Below are positions 19,514 to 29,486 of a stretch of DNA of 64,000 nucleotides, in pieces (position 1 is the first letter of the stretch; each line of letters begins with the position of its first letter). A model generated the notes under the pieces. It did not search any database. It saw only the letters and a list, made by a program, of their open reading frames with translations, and was not told the origin of the DNA. Made by a program: the position numbers and the translations under genes. The DNA lies in assembly GCA_958422185.1 (NCBI GenBank), contig CATZNW010000002.1, positions 53,468 through 117,467 of the forward strand, written 5' to 3'. Source of the DNA: an uncultured Clostridium sp. (GTDB taxonomy: Bacteria > Bacillota > Clostridia > Oscillospirales > Acutalibacteraceae).

Positions 19514-20875
19514 GTGAGCAACGATATACCAAAACAGAGAAAGTTTCATCTTTCAACATTTCAGATCATCATTTTGGGCTTCGCAGGCGTTATTTTGCTG
19601 GGAAGCCTTTTGCTTTGCCTGCCGATCTCAACCCGAAGCGGCGAATGGGCGTCTTATCTTGACGCGCTCTTTACGGCAACGACTTCGGTTTGCGTTACCG
19701 GTCTGATCACACAGGATACGGGTACTTACTGGTCCCTCTTCGGGCAGATCGTGATTCTTATACTTATCCAGATCGGCGGAATGGGTGTTATGACTGTTGC
19801 CATAATGCTTGGGCTTATGGCCCGCCGCAGGCGTTTCAGCCTTATACAGCGCAATACCATGCAGGAGGCCATAGGCGGCCCCAGTCTTGGAAATATCATA
19901 AAACTGACCAAATTTATTATTTGCGTAACGGCAGCAACAGAGATAGCCGGCGCAGTCTGTATGTTTCCTGTTTTTAACAGGGAATTCGGAGTGCTCAAGA
20001 GTATCTGGTATTCCGTGTTCCATTCCGTTTCTGCATTTTGTAACGCGGGTATAGACCTGATGGGTTCAAAGGAACAGTTTTCTTCGCTTACTTCGTATTA
20101 TGACAATCCGGTAATCAACCTGGTCATCTCTTTCCTGATCGTTTTCGGAGGTATCGGGTTCCTGACCTGGGATGATATGCATAAATACGGCATTAAATTT
20201 AAAAAGTACCGTCTTCAGAGCAAGATCGCGCTTGTTACAACCGCGTTTCTTATCCTTGTTCCCGCCGTATTCTTTTATTGCTTTGAGTTTTCGCGCCCGG
20301 TATGGAATGATTTTTCGGCGGGAGACAAAATACTGGCGTCTGTTTTTCAGTCCGTAACACCGAGAACAGCCGGTTTTAATACGGTTGACCTGAACGCCAT
20401 GACGGAAGTCAGCCAGACGATCATGATCATTCTGATGCTTATAGGCGGTTCACCCGGTTCAACTGCCGGCGGTATGAAAACAACAACGTTTGCCGTTGTT
20501 ATTTCTTCCATGCTTTCCGTATTTAAAAGAAAGAGCGACGCGGAGGCTTTCCGCAGGCGTATCAGTCTTGACAGTGTGCGGAACGCATCTGCTGTAATGG
20601 CGATGTATCTTGTGCTGTTTTTACTGGGCGGTATGGCGATATCCCAGATAGAAGGGCTGCCGATGCTGGATTGCTTTTATGAAACAGCTTCCGCGATAGG
20701 CACGGTAGGACTTACTTTAGGTATTACGCCTGATCTGGCGGCTGCGTCTAAGATCATACTGATCCTGCTTATGTATTTCGGCAGAGTAGGCGGTCTTACA
20801 CTTATATTTGCGGCAGTTAACAACAACTCAAAGAAATACGTCAAATTCCCGCAGGAAAATGTTAATGTGGGTTAA
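19514..20875 (+). CDS. ktrB: Ktr/Trk-type K+ uptake membrane subunit (KtrB/TrkH family)
   Basis: Multi-TM protein with repeated selectivity-filter-like segments (TATTSVCVTGL, AFCNAGIDL, TPRTAGFNTVD, SAIGTVGLTLG). GTG start. Confidence 0.9.
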   Translation: MSNDIPKQRKFHLSTFQIIILGFAGVILLGSLLLCLPISTRSGEWASYLDALFTATTSVCVTGLITQDTGTYWSLFGQIVILILIQIGGMGVMTVAIMLGLMARRRRFSLIQRNTMQEAIGGPSLGNIIKLTKFIICVTAATEIAGAVCMFPVFNREFGVLKSIWYSVFHSVSAFCNAGIDLMGSKEQFSSLTSYYDNPVINLVISFLIVFGGIGFLTWDDMHKYGIKFKKYRLQSKIALVTTAFLILVPAVFFYCFEFSRPVWNDFSAGDKILASVFQSVTPRTAGFNTVDLNAMTEVSQTIMIILMLIGGSPGSTAGGMKTTTFAVVISSMLSVFKRKSDAEAFRRRISLDSVRNASAVMAMYLVLFLLGGMAISQIEGLPMLDCFYETASAIGTVGLTLGITPDLAAASKIILILLMYFGRVGGLTLIFAAVNNNSKKYVKFPQENVNVG

Positions 20876-20901
20876 AATAAAAGCTGAAGAGGATTTTTGC
20901 T

Positions 20902-21549
20902 ATGAAAACAATTTTACTTATAGGCGCGGGCCAGTTCGGAGTTCATCTTGCAAAAAAGCTTAATGAACTCGGGCACGAGATCATGGCGGTTGATTCCCAG
21001 GAAGAGAGGATCGATCATATTCTTCCGTACTGCACAAGTGCACAGATCGGCGACGCGTCTTCATCCGAATTCCTTGAAACACTCGGCATTGAGGATTACG
21101 ACGTCTGCTTTGTTACAATAGGCGATAATTTTCAGGATTCGCTTGAAACGACTTCGCTCGTAAAGGAAATGGGAGGAAAAATAGTTGTTGCCAGAGCGTC
21201 AAACGACGTTCATGCAAAATTCCTTCTCAGAAACGGAGCGGATCAGATATTTTATCCTGAAAAGCAGGTGGCAGATTGGGCGGCGATCAAATGCAGCTCA
21301 GAGCACATACTTGACTTTATGGAACTTGGCGGAGATTTTGCGCTGTTTGAGGTTGATGTGCCGGATATGTGGGTAGGCAGAACGATAGGCGAGCTTGACG
21401 TGCGCCGCCGTCATCACATTAATATTATCGGCAAGAAGCAGAACGGCATGCTGGATATTACGCTTTCGCCAGACACGGTATTCAACGCAGGCGAAACGAT
21501 CCTTGTGCTTGGCACCAAAAAGGATTTTTATAAAACGTTTAAAGTGTGA
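20902..21549 (+). CDS. ktrA: Ktr/Trk K+ uptake peripheral NAD-binding subunit (KtrA/TrkA-N plus C)
   Basis: Rossmann motif LLIGAGQFGVHLAKKLNELGHEIMAVD plus a TrkA-C domain. Confidence 0.9.
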   Translation: MKTILLIGAGQFGVHLAKKLNELGHEIMAVDSQEERIDHILPYCTSAQIGDASSSEFLETLGIEDYDVCFVTIGDNFQDSLETTSLVKEMGGKIVVARASNDVHAKFLLRNGADQIFYPEKQVADWAAIKCSSEHILDFMELGGDFALFEVDVPDMWVGRTIGELDVRRRHHINIIGKKQNGMLDITLSPDTVFNAGETILVLGTKKDFYKTFKV

Positions 21550-21555
21550 TTCATT

Positions 21556-21598
21556 AAAAAACAGGCTGGCTCAGAAAAATACTGAGCCAGCCTGTTTT
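21556..21598. terminator. Bidirectional terminator between ktrA (+) and the glycosyltransferase operon (-)
   Basis: AAAAA-ACAGGCTGGCTCAG-aaaaata-CTGAGCCAGCCTGT-TTT. Confidence 0.85.
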
Positions 21599-21605
21599 AC
21601 TTTAG

Positions 21606-22568
21606 TTATTTAAACAGTTTTTCGTACTGATCAAATTCCTTTTTATTATAGAAGTAATCGCGCGGTTTACCCTGAACGCCAAGATCTTTCCACCATTCGT
21701 TCTTTAGCTTGTCAAAAAGCTTTTGATGGGTTGGTTCGGCAAGCGTGTTCAGGTTCCAGAGGGCAAAATGCAGAGCATAGTTGATATAATCTTTTTCAAC
21801 TTCGTCATAGATGCCCTCCTTTTTCAGCCGCTCTCTCAGCGCGGTTAACGCGTTATAAAAACAATCCCACGATTTTTCCCGCGTGTTTGAAAGAGAGGAC
21901 TGGTTATTGCGGCGCTGATGGGCCAGGATCTTGCCTTTTTCAACATATGCAATGCGCTTTGCAACGGCAACCGCTGAAAAAACAAACAGCATATCGTTGC
22001 TTGTTCTCTGCTCCTGAAACCATAAATCGTTTTCCAGAACCCATTTGCGGTTAAAGAGCTTATCCCATGCCCAGCCTACGAAGACTTTGAAAATATTATC
22101 TGTCATAGAGCGCCGGTTAAAAGGTTCATACGGCGGCAGTTCGGCATATCTGACTACCCATGGCACCTGTTTAAAATTTTTATTATCTTCGTAATACTGG
22201 TCCGAATTAAAAACAACGAAATCGGCCTTGGTTTCCTCTGCTTTTTCATAGGCCGCTTCCAGCATATCGGGTTCAAAAAAATCATCCGAATCAAGAAAAG
22301 AAAGGTATTTTCCTTTTGCCCTGCGAAGGCCGTTGTTTCTGGCGGCGCCGGCGCCGCCGTTTTTCTGCTGAACGGCAACAAAGCGCGGATCTTTGGCTGC
22401 AAATTCCCTGATGATTTCATACGATGAATCTGTTGAACCGTCGTCCACGCAAATGATCTCAATTTCCTTTAAGGTCTGGTTTGCAACGCTTTGCAGATTC
22501 TGCCTTAAATACTTTTCAACGTTGTATACAGGGATGATCACGGACACCTTTATTTCATTTTCCGTCAT
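21606..22568 (-). CDS. Family 2 glycosyltransferase
   Basis: VSVIIPVYNVEKYL..QTLKEIEIICVDDGSTDSS..FLDSDD. Confidence 0.9.
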   Translation of the reverse strand: MTENEIKVSVIIPVYNVEKYLRQNLQSVANQTLKEIEIICVDDGSTDSSYEIIREFAAKDPRFVAVQQKNGGAGAARNNGLRRAKGKYLSFLDSDDFFEPDMLEAAYEKAEETKADFVVFNSDQYYEDNKNFKQVPWVVRYAELPPYEPFNRRSMTDNIFKVFVGWAWDKLFNRKWVLENDLWFQEQRTSNDMLFVFSAVAVAKRIAYVEKGKILAHQRRNNQSSLSNTREKSWDCFYNALTALRERLKKEGIYDEVEKDYINYALHFALWNLNTLAEPTHQKLFDKLKNEWWKDLGVQGKPRDYFYNKKEFDQYEKLFK

Positions 22569-23728
22569 TTCTGGTATCCCTTCCTCATTTTGTTAATTTT
22601 TTTGTATACCCGTTTTGCAAGGCGCTTTAATCTTACGGGTATATACATGATCGCTCTGCCTATCCGGTAGGACTTGGAACGCTTTATTTTATCAAGCTCT
22701 GTTTTGACCTGTTTAAAGTTGTTGTCAAAATTGGAATATCCGTTGTTCATCGGCATGGCTTTCAGCTTGCAGTAAACGGCGGGCTGGCTCATAAGAAGGT
22801 GCAGATTGTCCCTTTCAGCCGCGGTGAACAGCTCCTCATTCATTTCTCCAAGCTGCTTTGCGCGCTTCATTTCCTTTGAAAATCTTTCAACATAATCGCG
22901 CTTGAACTCGTTTGATATGCGCCTCAGCGTTGCAACGCTGTTGTGAAAGCGCTTAAGAGTATAGTATGTTTTGAACCGTTCCCATGTTTCCGGATGCTCC
23001 ATCAGCACATCCCGTATATGGTCGTATTCCGCGTTTATGCAATAGATCTTCTGTACATTTTTAACCGAGCTGTTCGGATTGTCACGCCTGTTCATATAAT
23101 AAGGCTTGTCTATGATCATTGCGCGTGTTGCAAACGCAAAGGTCTGAAACCAGAAGCCGTTGTCCTGAAAAGAGGCGCCCGGTGTTTCATTGTGGCGGAT
23201 ATTGAATTTGTCCAGAAAAGCTTTTCTGTAAATTCCGCTCCATGTGTTCATCACAAAGCGTATGGCCTCCGGCGTATGGCTCGGGTCAAATACCCGGTTG
23301 TAGTGCCTGTTCTTTTGATCCAGATGATTATAGGTAAGATACATATCGCCGTTTGAGGCGCGTTCGAATCTGTAAAAGTCTGCCTTAACAAAATCCAGGT
23401 CGTTTTTCTTTGCGATCTCATAGAGATCGCCGAACATATTTACCGGCACAAAATCATCCGGTTCAACAATGCCGATATATTCTCCGGTGGCAACTTCCAT
23501 ACCCATATTCATTCCTATGCCGTAGCCGCCGTTTTCCTTATCTATAAGCACAATACGCGGGTCCTTTTCCGCGTATCGGTTAAGGATCTTTAAGGTCCCG
23601 TCAGTAGAGCCGTCATTTATGCATATGATTTCTATATCCTCAAGAGTCTGCCTGGTTATGCTCTCCATGCACTCCACAACATACGGCTCCACATTATATG
23701 CCGGCACGATTATTGATACTTTCGCCAT
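22565..23728 (-). CDS. Family 2 glycosyltransferase
   Basis: VSIIVPAYNVEPYV..QTLEDIEIICINDGSTDGT..VEPDD. Confidence 0.9.
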   Translation of the reverse strand: MAKVSIIVPAYNVEPYVVECMESITRQTLEDIEIICINDGSTDGTLKILNRYAEKDPRIVLIDKENGGYGIGMNMGMEVATGEYIGIVEPDDFVPVNMFGDLYEIAKKNDLDFVKADFYRFERASNGDMYLTYNHLDQKNRHYNRVFDPSHTPEAIRFVMNTWSGIYRKAFLDKFNIRHNETPGASFQDNGFWFQTFAFATRAMIIDKPYYMNRRDNPNSSVKNVQKIYCINAEYDHIRDVLMEHPETWERFKTYYTLKRFHNSVATLRRISNEFKRDYVERFSKEMKRAKQLGEMNEELFTAAERDNLHLLMSQPAVYCKLKAMPMNNGYSNFDNNFKQVKTELDKIKRSKSYRIGRAIMYIPVRLKRLAKRVYKKINKMRKGYQK

Positions 23729-23772
23729 TTTTCTCCGCCTTTCAAACGTGTATTTATCAAAGAGTCAGTGGA

Positions 23773-24891
23773 TTATTGCGCAAATTCATCTTTAACTGTC
23801 TGCAAAGCGGCGGCAATAACCTTGTCCATATCATAATATTTGTATTTACCGAGCCTGCCGCCGAAGATGACGTTCTCCTCTTTGTCTGCAAGCGCTTCGT
23901 ATTTTTTATAGAGTGCGTTGTTTTCCTCATTGTTGATGGGGTAATACGGCTCTATACCCACTTCCCATTCAGAGGAATATTCCCTTGAAACTACCGTGCC
24001 CTTTCCGGTGCCGAATTCAAAGTGCTTGTGTTCTATTACCCGCGTATAAGGCACTTCGCGCTCGGTGTAGTTGATTACGGCGTTGCCCTGGTAATTATCC
24101 ACATCCGGCATGTATTCCGTTTCAAAACGAACGGTCCTGTATTGCAGCGCGCCGAAACGGTAGCCGAAATATTCGTCCACATTTCCGGTGTAAACAATCT
24201 TAACTCCGGAAAGATCATGCTCTTTTTTGTAATCCTCAAAGGAAGTATTCAGCAGCACGTCCGCCCCGGAAAGCATTTTTTCGCATATCCCGGTGTAACC
24301 GCCTATCGGTATGCCCTGAAAGCGGTCGTTAAAATAATTGTTGTCATAGGTGTATCTCACCGGCAGGCGTTTTATGATAAAAGCCGGCAGCTGTGTGCAG
24401 CTTCTTCCCCACTGCTTTTCCGTGTAGCCCTTCACAAGCTTTTCATAAACGTCTTTGCCTACAAGGGAAAGCGCCTGCTCTTCAAGGTTTTTCGGATTTT
24501 CTATATGGTATTCTGCCTTTTGCTTTTCAATGATCTCCTTTGCTTCTGCCGGAGTTCTGATCCCCCACATTTTTGAAAAGGTGTTCATATTGAACGGCAG
24601 ATTATAAAGCTCGTCTTTGTAAACAGCAACCGGGGAATTGATATAATTGTTGAATTCCGCAAACTGGTTTATATAATCCCATATCTCCCTGCTGCTGGTA
24701 TGAAAAATATGCGCGCCGTATTTGTGAACATTTATTCCGTGCACGTTTTCACAGTAAATATTGCCTGCAATATGGTTCCTGCGTTCAAGTACAAGGCATT
24801 TTTTACCTCTTTTTGCCGCTTCATAGGCAAAAACACTGCCGAAAAGGCCGCTGCCAACTATTAAATAATCATATTTTTTTTCCATATTCAT
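23773..24891 (-). CDS. glf: UDP-galactopyranose mutase
   Basis: YDYLIVGSGLFGSVFAYEAAKRGKKCLVLERRNHIAGN..YGAHIFHTS, ..GGRLGKYKYYDMD. Confidence 0.93.
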   Translation of the reverse strand: MNMEKKYDYLIVGSGLFGSVFAYEAAKRGKKCLVLERRNHIAGNIYCENVHGINVHKYGAHIFHTSSREIWDYINQFAEFNNYINSPVAVYKDELYNLPFNMNTFSKMWGIRTPAEAKEIIEKQKAEYHIENPKNLEEQALSLVGKDVYEKLVKGYTEKQWGRSCTQLPAFIIKRLPVRYTYDNNYFNDRFQGIPIGGYTGICEKMLSGADVLLNTSFEDYKKEHDLSGVKIVYTGNVDEYFGYRFGALQYRTVRFETEYMPDVDNYQGNAVINYTEREVPYTRVIEHKHFEFGTGKGTVVSREYSSEWEVGIEPYYPINNEENNALYKKYEALADKEENVIFGGRLGKYKYYDMDKVIAAALQTVKDEFAQ

Positions 24892-24902
24892 TTCTCCGAA
24901 TC

Positions 24903-25967
24903 TTATAATCTGAACAGAAGTCTTATTACGCGAACTGCCGTGTTGCCGCTCAGCAGCCTGTAGTTGCGCTCATACTGCCTGAACTTATAAAGCAGAAACT
25001 GAAAGGCGTCATATTGCTCCATGCGTGTTAGATCCTCTTCCTGCTTTTTGTTATAAAAATAGCCTTTTTCCCTGCCGCTTATGCCAAACATAGGCAGCGC
25101 CTCATTTTTGTATTTATTGTAAAGCAGTTCATAGGCGTCTGCGCTGCGCTGTGTTTTCAGTGAATATAATATCGTATCAAGCGCTTTGTTCGCAAAGCTT
25201 TGCCTGATGTCTTCATTAAATCCCGGATCTGCGCTAAGCCGCGTATAGGTTTTTTTGAATGCCTCAAACACGCAAAAACTGTTTTTAGAAACTTTGCCGG
25301 TAATGCTTTCGGGATTATCTTCACGGTATGTGATAAGCGGCGTGCTTACTGTTGTTATTTTTTTTGCGAAAAACAAAGCAGTCATAACAAAATATGCGTC
25401 GTTCGCCTGCGGGATCTCCTGATATTTCAAATCATTTTCAGCCACAAATGAGCGCAGAAACATTTTGTTCCACGGCACGTTGGTTGTAAAATTAAAAATG
25501 CGTCCGCCGTTGCTGTTTTTGCTGAACGGCACACCGCAGCGAATATTCTTTTTGTTAAGATATATTCTGGTTCGGAATACCCTGCCGCTTTTATTGTCCA
25601 TCCGCTTGCCGGCGCAAACGCAGATATCCGCATGGTGCTTTTCACAGCTTTTATACATTTTTTTCAGCGCGTTTTTGCTGAAAATGTCATCCGCGTCCCA
25701 AAAAACCAGGTATTTGCCGCGCGCGCTTTTCATACCGTTGTTTCGGGCAGTGCCGGCAAATGAATTTTCCTGCGTTATTATTATTATCCTTTCGTCGCGG
25801 TTTTTATATTGTTCAAGAATTTGCGGTGAGGAATCGGAAGAGCCGTCATCAACGCAGATTATCTCTATCTCTTTCAGCGTTTGTGAGATCACGCTGTTCA
25901 GGCACTCTTCAAGATGTTTCTCAGCGTTGTATACGGGTATTATAACCGAAACTTTAATATCCTTCAT
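24903..25967 (-). CDS. Family 2 glycosyltransferase
   Basis: VSVIIPVYNAEKHL..QTLKEIEIICVDDGSSDSS..FWDADD. The start was set at the ATG at 25967 (MKDIKVS), 8 nt after AAAGGA. Confidence 0.88.
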   Translation of the reverse strand: MKDIKVSVIIPVYNAEKHLEECLNSVISQTLKEIEIICVDDGSSDSSPQILEQYKNRDERIIIITQENSFAGTARNNGMKSARGKYLVFWDADDIFSKNALKKMYKSCEKHHADICVCAGKRMDNKSGRVFRTRIYLNKKNIRCGVPFSKNSNGGRIFNFTTNVPWNKMFLRSFVAENDLKYQEIPQANDAYFVMTALFFAKKITTVSTPLITYREDNPESITGKVSKNSFCVFEAFKKTYTRLSADPGFNEDIRQSFANKALDTILYSLKTQRSADAYELLYNKYKNEALPMFGISGREKGYFYNKKQEEDLTRMEQYDAFQFLLYKFRQYERNYRLLSGNTAVRVIRLLFRL

Positions 25968-26012
25968 TATAAAATCCTTTGCGGCATAAAGATGCATTAT
26001 TATATTATTTAC

Positions 26013-26041
26013 ATTATATATTATTACAAAATTACTGTCAA
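26013..26041 (-). promoter_or_regulatory. Consensus SigA promoter driving the GT2-glf-GT2-GT2 operon
   Basis: On the minus strand: TTGACA (26036-26041), 17 nt spacer, TATAAT (26013-26018). Confidence 0.7.
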
Positions 26042-26091
26042 TCTTTAAGCAAGAGATAAAAAACGGTTTTGGATTTTATATCTCGGTTCGG

Positions 26092-26116
26092 TTGCCGCCA
26101 ACTAAGTTGGCGGCAA
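26092..26116. repeat. Perfect 11-3-11 palindrome in a divergent promoter region
   Basis: TTGCCGCCAAC-taa-GTTGGCGGCAA, with no flanking T-run on either strand. Confidence 0.8.
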
Positions 26117-26272
26117 TCAAACATAATATGGTTTTAAACGGCATATTTCAGCCCGGCGGCATCATGCGCCGGCAAAGGTAAGTTCCTGTTGCCAAGAGCT
26201 CTCCTTTATGCTACAATAAAAATGTTAATTTTTGATAAATAAAATATAACTTTTTTACTGAGCGGTGGAACT

Positions 26273-27445
26273 ATGGAAGCAGAAATTTTATTCAAACAAA
26301 GGTTTAACACCACGGAAAATCCGTTAAAAGTATACTGTCCGTATCGTATTGCGCCTGTAGGAGCGCATTCTGATTATCAGCACGGTCTGATCTCCGGCTT
26401 TGCGATAGACGAAGGGGTAACACTTGCCTTTCTGCCCACTAATGACGGCACGGTTAAGCTTTACAGCGCTAATTTTGACGGGGCCGTGGAGTTTTCGGCA
26501 TATGAGCTTGCGCAAAGGTCTTATGACTGGGGCGACTTTGCCAAGGCGGCATACGTTTCGGTCAAACGCAAGCACCGTGTAGAGATGGGTATGATAGGCG
26601 TGATCTACGGAAGCCTTCCCGTGGGCGGCCTTTCGTCCTCCGCCGCCGTGCTTATCTCGTATATAACCGCTATATGTAAAATCAACGGCATAACCATTAC
26701 GAAGCCGGAGCTTATTGATTTTGCGCTCTACGCCGAGCACGATTATCTTGAAATGAATGTCGGCAAGATGGATCAGAGCTGCGAGGTCTATTCCAAAAAG
26801 AATCATTTGCTGTTTCTGGATACACTCACGGATGAATATAAACTGATTCCGCAAAGCGATAAGATGCCGCCTTATGAATTCGCCGTGATCTTTTCCGGCA
26901 AGGAAAGGAAACTCGCAAACACGGCTTTCAATTCCAGGGTCGATGAGGCCAAGGCCGCCTCTTTTGCGCTCAGGGCCTTTGCCGGGATCCCGTACGGCAG
27001 TTTTAAGGACAGTTATATGCGCGATGTGCCCAAGGAGATATTTGACGAGTATAAAAGCAAGATCCCGCCGGCATGGCGCAGGCGCGCTGAGCATTTTTAC
27101 GGCGAGTTTTCGCGTGTTCAGCGCGGTGCTAAAGCATGGGAAAGCGGCGATATTGCCGAATTCGGCAGAATCATGTTTGAATCGGGGCATTCTTCTATCT
27201 ATAACTGGGAGACCGGTTCGCCGGAGCTCAAGACGCTTTATGAGATCATGCTGAAGTGTGACGGCGTCTACGGAGGCCGCTTCAGCGGAGCAGGCTTTAA
27301 CGGCTCGTCCGTTGCGCTTGTTGACCCGTCTAAAAAAGAGAGCGTTGCAGAATTTCTCAGAGAGCAGTATCTTGCCGTTTATCCTCAGTATAAAGATGAT
27401 TTTTCCGTGCGTTTCGTTCACACGGCGGACGGCGTGAAGATCTGA
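26273..27445 (+). CDS. GHMP-family sugar-1-kinase (galactokinase superfamily, atypical motif I)
   Basis: GHMP ATP motif GSLPVGGLSSSAAV. The N-terminal sugar motif reads APVGAHSDYQHG rather than the canonical GalK GEHTDY. Confidence 0.75.
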   Translation: MEAEILFKQRFNTTENPLKVYCPYRIAPVGAHSDYQHGLISGFAIDEGVTLAFLPTNDGTVKLYSANFDGAVEFSAYELAQRSYDWGDFAKAAYVSVKRKHRVEMGMIGVIYGSLPVGGLSSSAAVLISYITAICKINGITITKPELIDFALYAEHDYLEMNVGKMDQSCEVYSKKNHLLFLDTLTDEYKLIPQSDKMPPYEFAVIFSGKERKLANTAFNSRVDEAKAASFALRAFAGIPYGSFKDSYMRDVPKEIFDEYKSKIPPAWRRRAEHFYGEFSRVQRGAKAWESGDIAEFGRIMFESGHSSIYNWETGSPELKTLYEIMLKCDGVYGGRFSGAGFNGSSVALVDPSKKESVAEFLREQYLAVYPQYKDDFSVRFVHTADGVKI

Positions 27446-27514
27446 TTCGGCAAAACGGTATACCCGGTATGATTATTATTTTATGTCTTTCTGAATATAT
27501 AAGAGAATTTAACC

Positions 27515-28432
27515 ATGAAACTTTATGAAATGCAGCAGGAGATCCTGCGCCTGAAAAAAGAAAAAGATATATGCATACTTGCGCACTCATACGAACCGCG
27601 GGAGATCTGTGAGATCGCGGATTTTACCGGGGATTCATACGCCCTTTCCGTTAAGGCGAAAAGTGTTCCAAACAAGACCGTACTCATGTGCGGCGTGCGC
27701 TTTATGGCGGAAACGGTAAAGATCCTCTCTCCCGAAAAGCGCGTTATTCTTTCCCACCCCCAGGCGGGATGCCCCATGGCGGAGCAGTTTACACCCGAGG
27801 ATATTCTTGCGCTGAAAGAAAAGCACCCGGGAGCGGCGGTAGCGGCCTATGTAAATACAACGGCCCGGCTGAAAGCCGTGTGCGATGTGTGCGTAACCTC
27901 TTCCTGCGCGGTAAAAGTAGTTGCCGCAATGCCGCAAAAGGACATTATTTTTGTGCCGGATATCAATCTGGGATCGTTTGTTGCGGCAAACTGCCCGGAT
28001 AAAAACATGATTTTAATGCAGGGCGGGTGCCCGGAGCATGCAAAGATCACAAAAGAGGACGCTTTAGCGGCAAAAGCCGCTCACCCCGGCGCGCTTTTCC
28101 TTGTTCACCCGGAATGTAAACCGGAGGTCACATCGCTTGCGGATTATGTTGGCTCCACGGCGGGCATTATGGAATACGCAAAAAAAAGCGCCGCCAAGGA
28201 ATTTATAATCGGCACGGAAAACAGCATCGTTTCCCATCTGCAGTTTGACTGCCCGGGCAAACGTTTTTACCCCGTTTCAAAAGAGCTTATCTGTTCGAAT
28301 ATGCGCCTGACCACGCTGCCGGAGGTCTACCGCTGCTGCGCGGGGGACGGCGGGGAAGAGATACTGCTTGACCCGGAGATCATGAGCAAAGCAAAGCGCT
28401 GTATTGAAAAAATGATGGAATTCGGCGGCTGA
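27515..28432 (+). CDS. nadA: Quinolinate synthase
   Basis: ILAHSYEPREICEIADFTGDSYALS, conserved Cys ligands (..GCPMAEQ.. / ..HPEC.. ), 305 aa. Confidence 0.93.
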   Translation: MKLYEMQQEILRLKKEKDICILAHSYEPREICEIADFTGDSYALSVKAKSVPNKTVLMCGVRFMAETVKILSPEKRVILSHPQAGCPMAEQFTPEDILALKEKHPGAAVAAYVNTTARLKAVCDVCVTSSCAVKVVAAMPQKDIIFVPDINLGSFVAANCPDKNMILMQGGCPEHAKITKEDALAAKAAHPGALFLVHPECKPEVTSLADYVGSTAGIMEYAKKSAAKEFIIGTENSIVSHLQFDCPGKRFYPVSKELICSNMRLTTLPEVYRCCAGDGGEEILLDPEIMSKAKRCIEKMMEFGG

Positions 28433-28445
28433 GAGGTTAAATATA

Positions 28446-29486
28446 ATGAGCAAAAAAGCACTTGTTGCAATGAGCGGCGGCGTGGACAGCAGCGTCGCCG
28501 CCCTTTTGATGAAGAACGCGGGATATGAATGCGTGGGCGCAATGATGCGCCTGTGGGGCGGAGCGAATGTGCAGGATGAAAAAGACGCCGCCGCTGTTGC
28601 CGCGCGCCTTGGCATTCCGTTTTATATTTTTGACCTGCAGCGGCAGTTTAGGGAAAAAGTAATAAACAAATTCATAAAAACATATGAAGCGGGCGCAACG
28701 CCCAATCCGTGTCTGGACTGTAACCGGTTTCTTAAATTCGGCGCGCTTTACGAAAAGGCGCGCGAACTCGGCTGCGAATATATCGCAACCGGCCATTACG
28801 TTATATCCGCCGAAGATAAGAATTCGGGCAGATATGTGCTGAAAAAAGCAGCGGATCCGGGAAAGGACCAGAGCTATGTGCTCTATTCGCTCTCGCAGGA
28901 AATTCTTTCACACTGCGTGTTTCCGCTCGGCAACCGCACAAAAAGCGAGATCAGAGAGATCGCTGAGCAGAACGGCTTTGTAAATTCCGGAAAAAAGGAG
29001 AGCCAGGATATCTGCTTTGTTCCGGACGGCGACTATGCCGCATTTATTGAGCGGGAAACAGGCCGTGTCTGTCCGCCAGGAGATTTTGTAACGGTTTCCG
29101 GCGAAAAAGTAGGCACACACAGCGGCATTATCCGTTACACGATAGGGCAGAGGAAAGGTCTGGGCGTGTCATACCGTGTTCCGCTCTATGTATGCGCAAA
29201 GGATATACAGAATAACCGTGTTATACTGACCGAGGGCGAAGATCTGTTTTCCCGGGAGGTAACGGCAACCGATATAAATCTGATCGCCGTGCCCAGGATA
29301 GAGGGAGAACTGCGCGTTTCCGCCCGAACAAGATACAATATGAAAGAACAGCCGGCAACCGCTTATCAGCTGGATGAAAACACGATAAAAGTTGTGTTTG
29401 ACAAACCGCAGAGGGCAGCCGCGCCGGGGCAGGCGCTGGTGCTTTACAGCGGCAAAACCGTTGTGGGCGGCGGTACGATCCGATGA
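28446..29486 (+). CDS. mnmA: tRNA 2-thiouridine(34) synthase MnmA
   Basis: PP-loop VAMSGGVDSSVAA, ..NPCLDCNRFLKF.., ..ATGHY... Confidence 0.95.
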   Translation: MSKKALVAMSGGVDSSVAALLMKNAGYECVGAMMRLWGGANVQDEKDAAAVAARLGIPFYIFDLQRQFREKVINKFIKTYEAGATPNPCLDCNRFLKFGALYEKARELGCEYIATGHYVISAEDKNSGRYVLKKAADPGKDQSYVLYSLSQEILSHCVFPLGNRTKSEIREIAEQNGFVNSGKKESQDICFVPDGDYAAFIERETGRVCPPGDFVTVSGEKVGTHSGIIRYTIGQRKGLGVSYRVPLYVCAKDIQNNRVILTEGEDLFSREVTATDINLIAVPRIEGELRVSARTRYNMKEQPATAYQLDENTIKVVFDKPQRAAAPGQALVLYSGKTVVGGGTIR

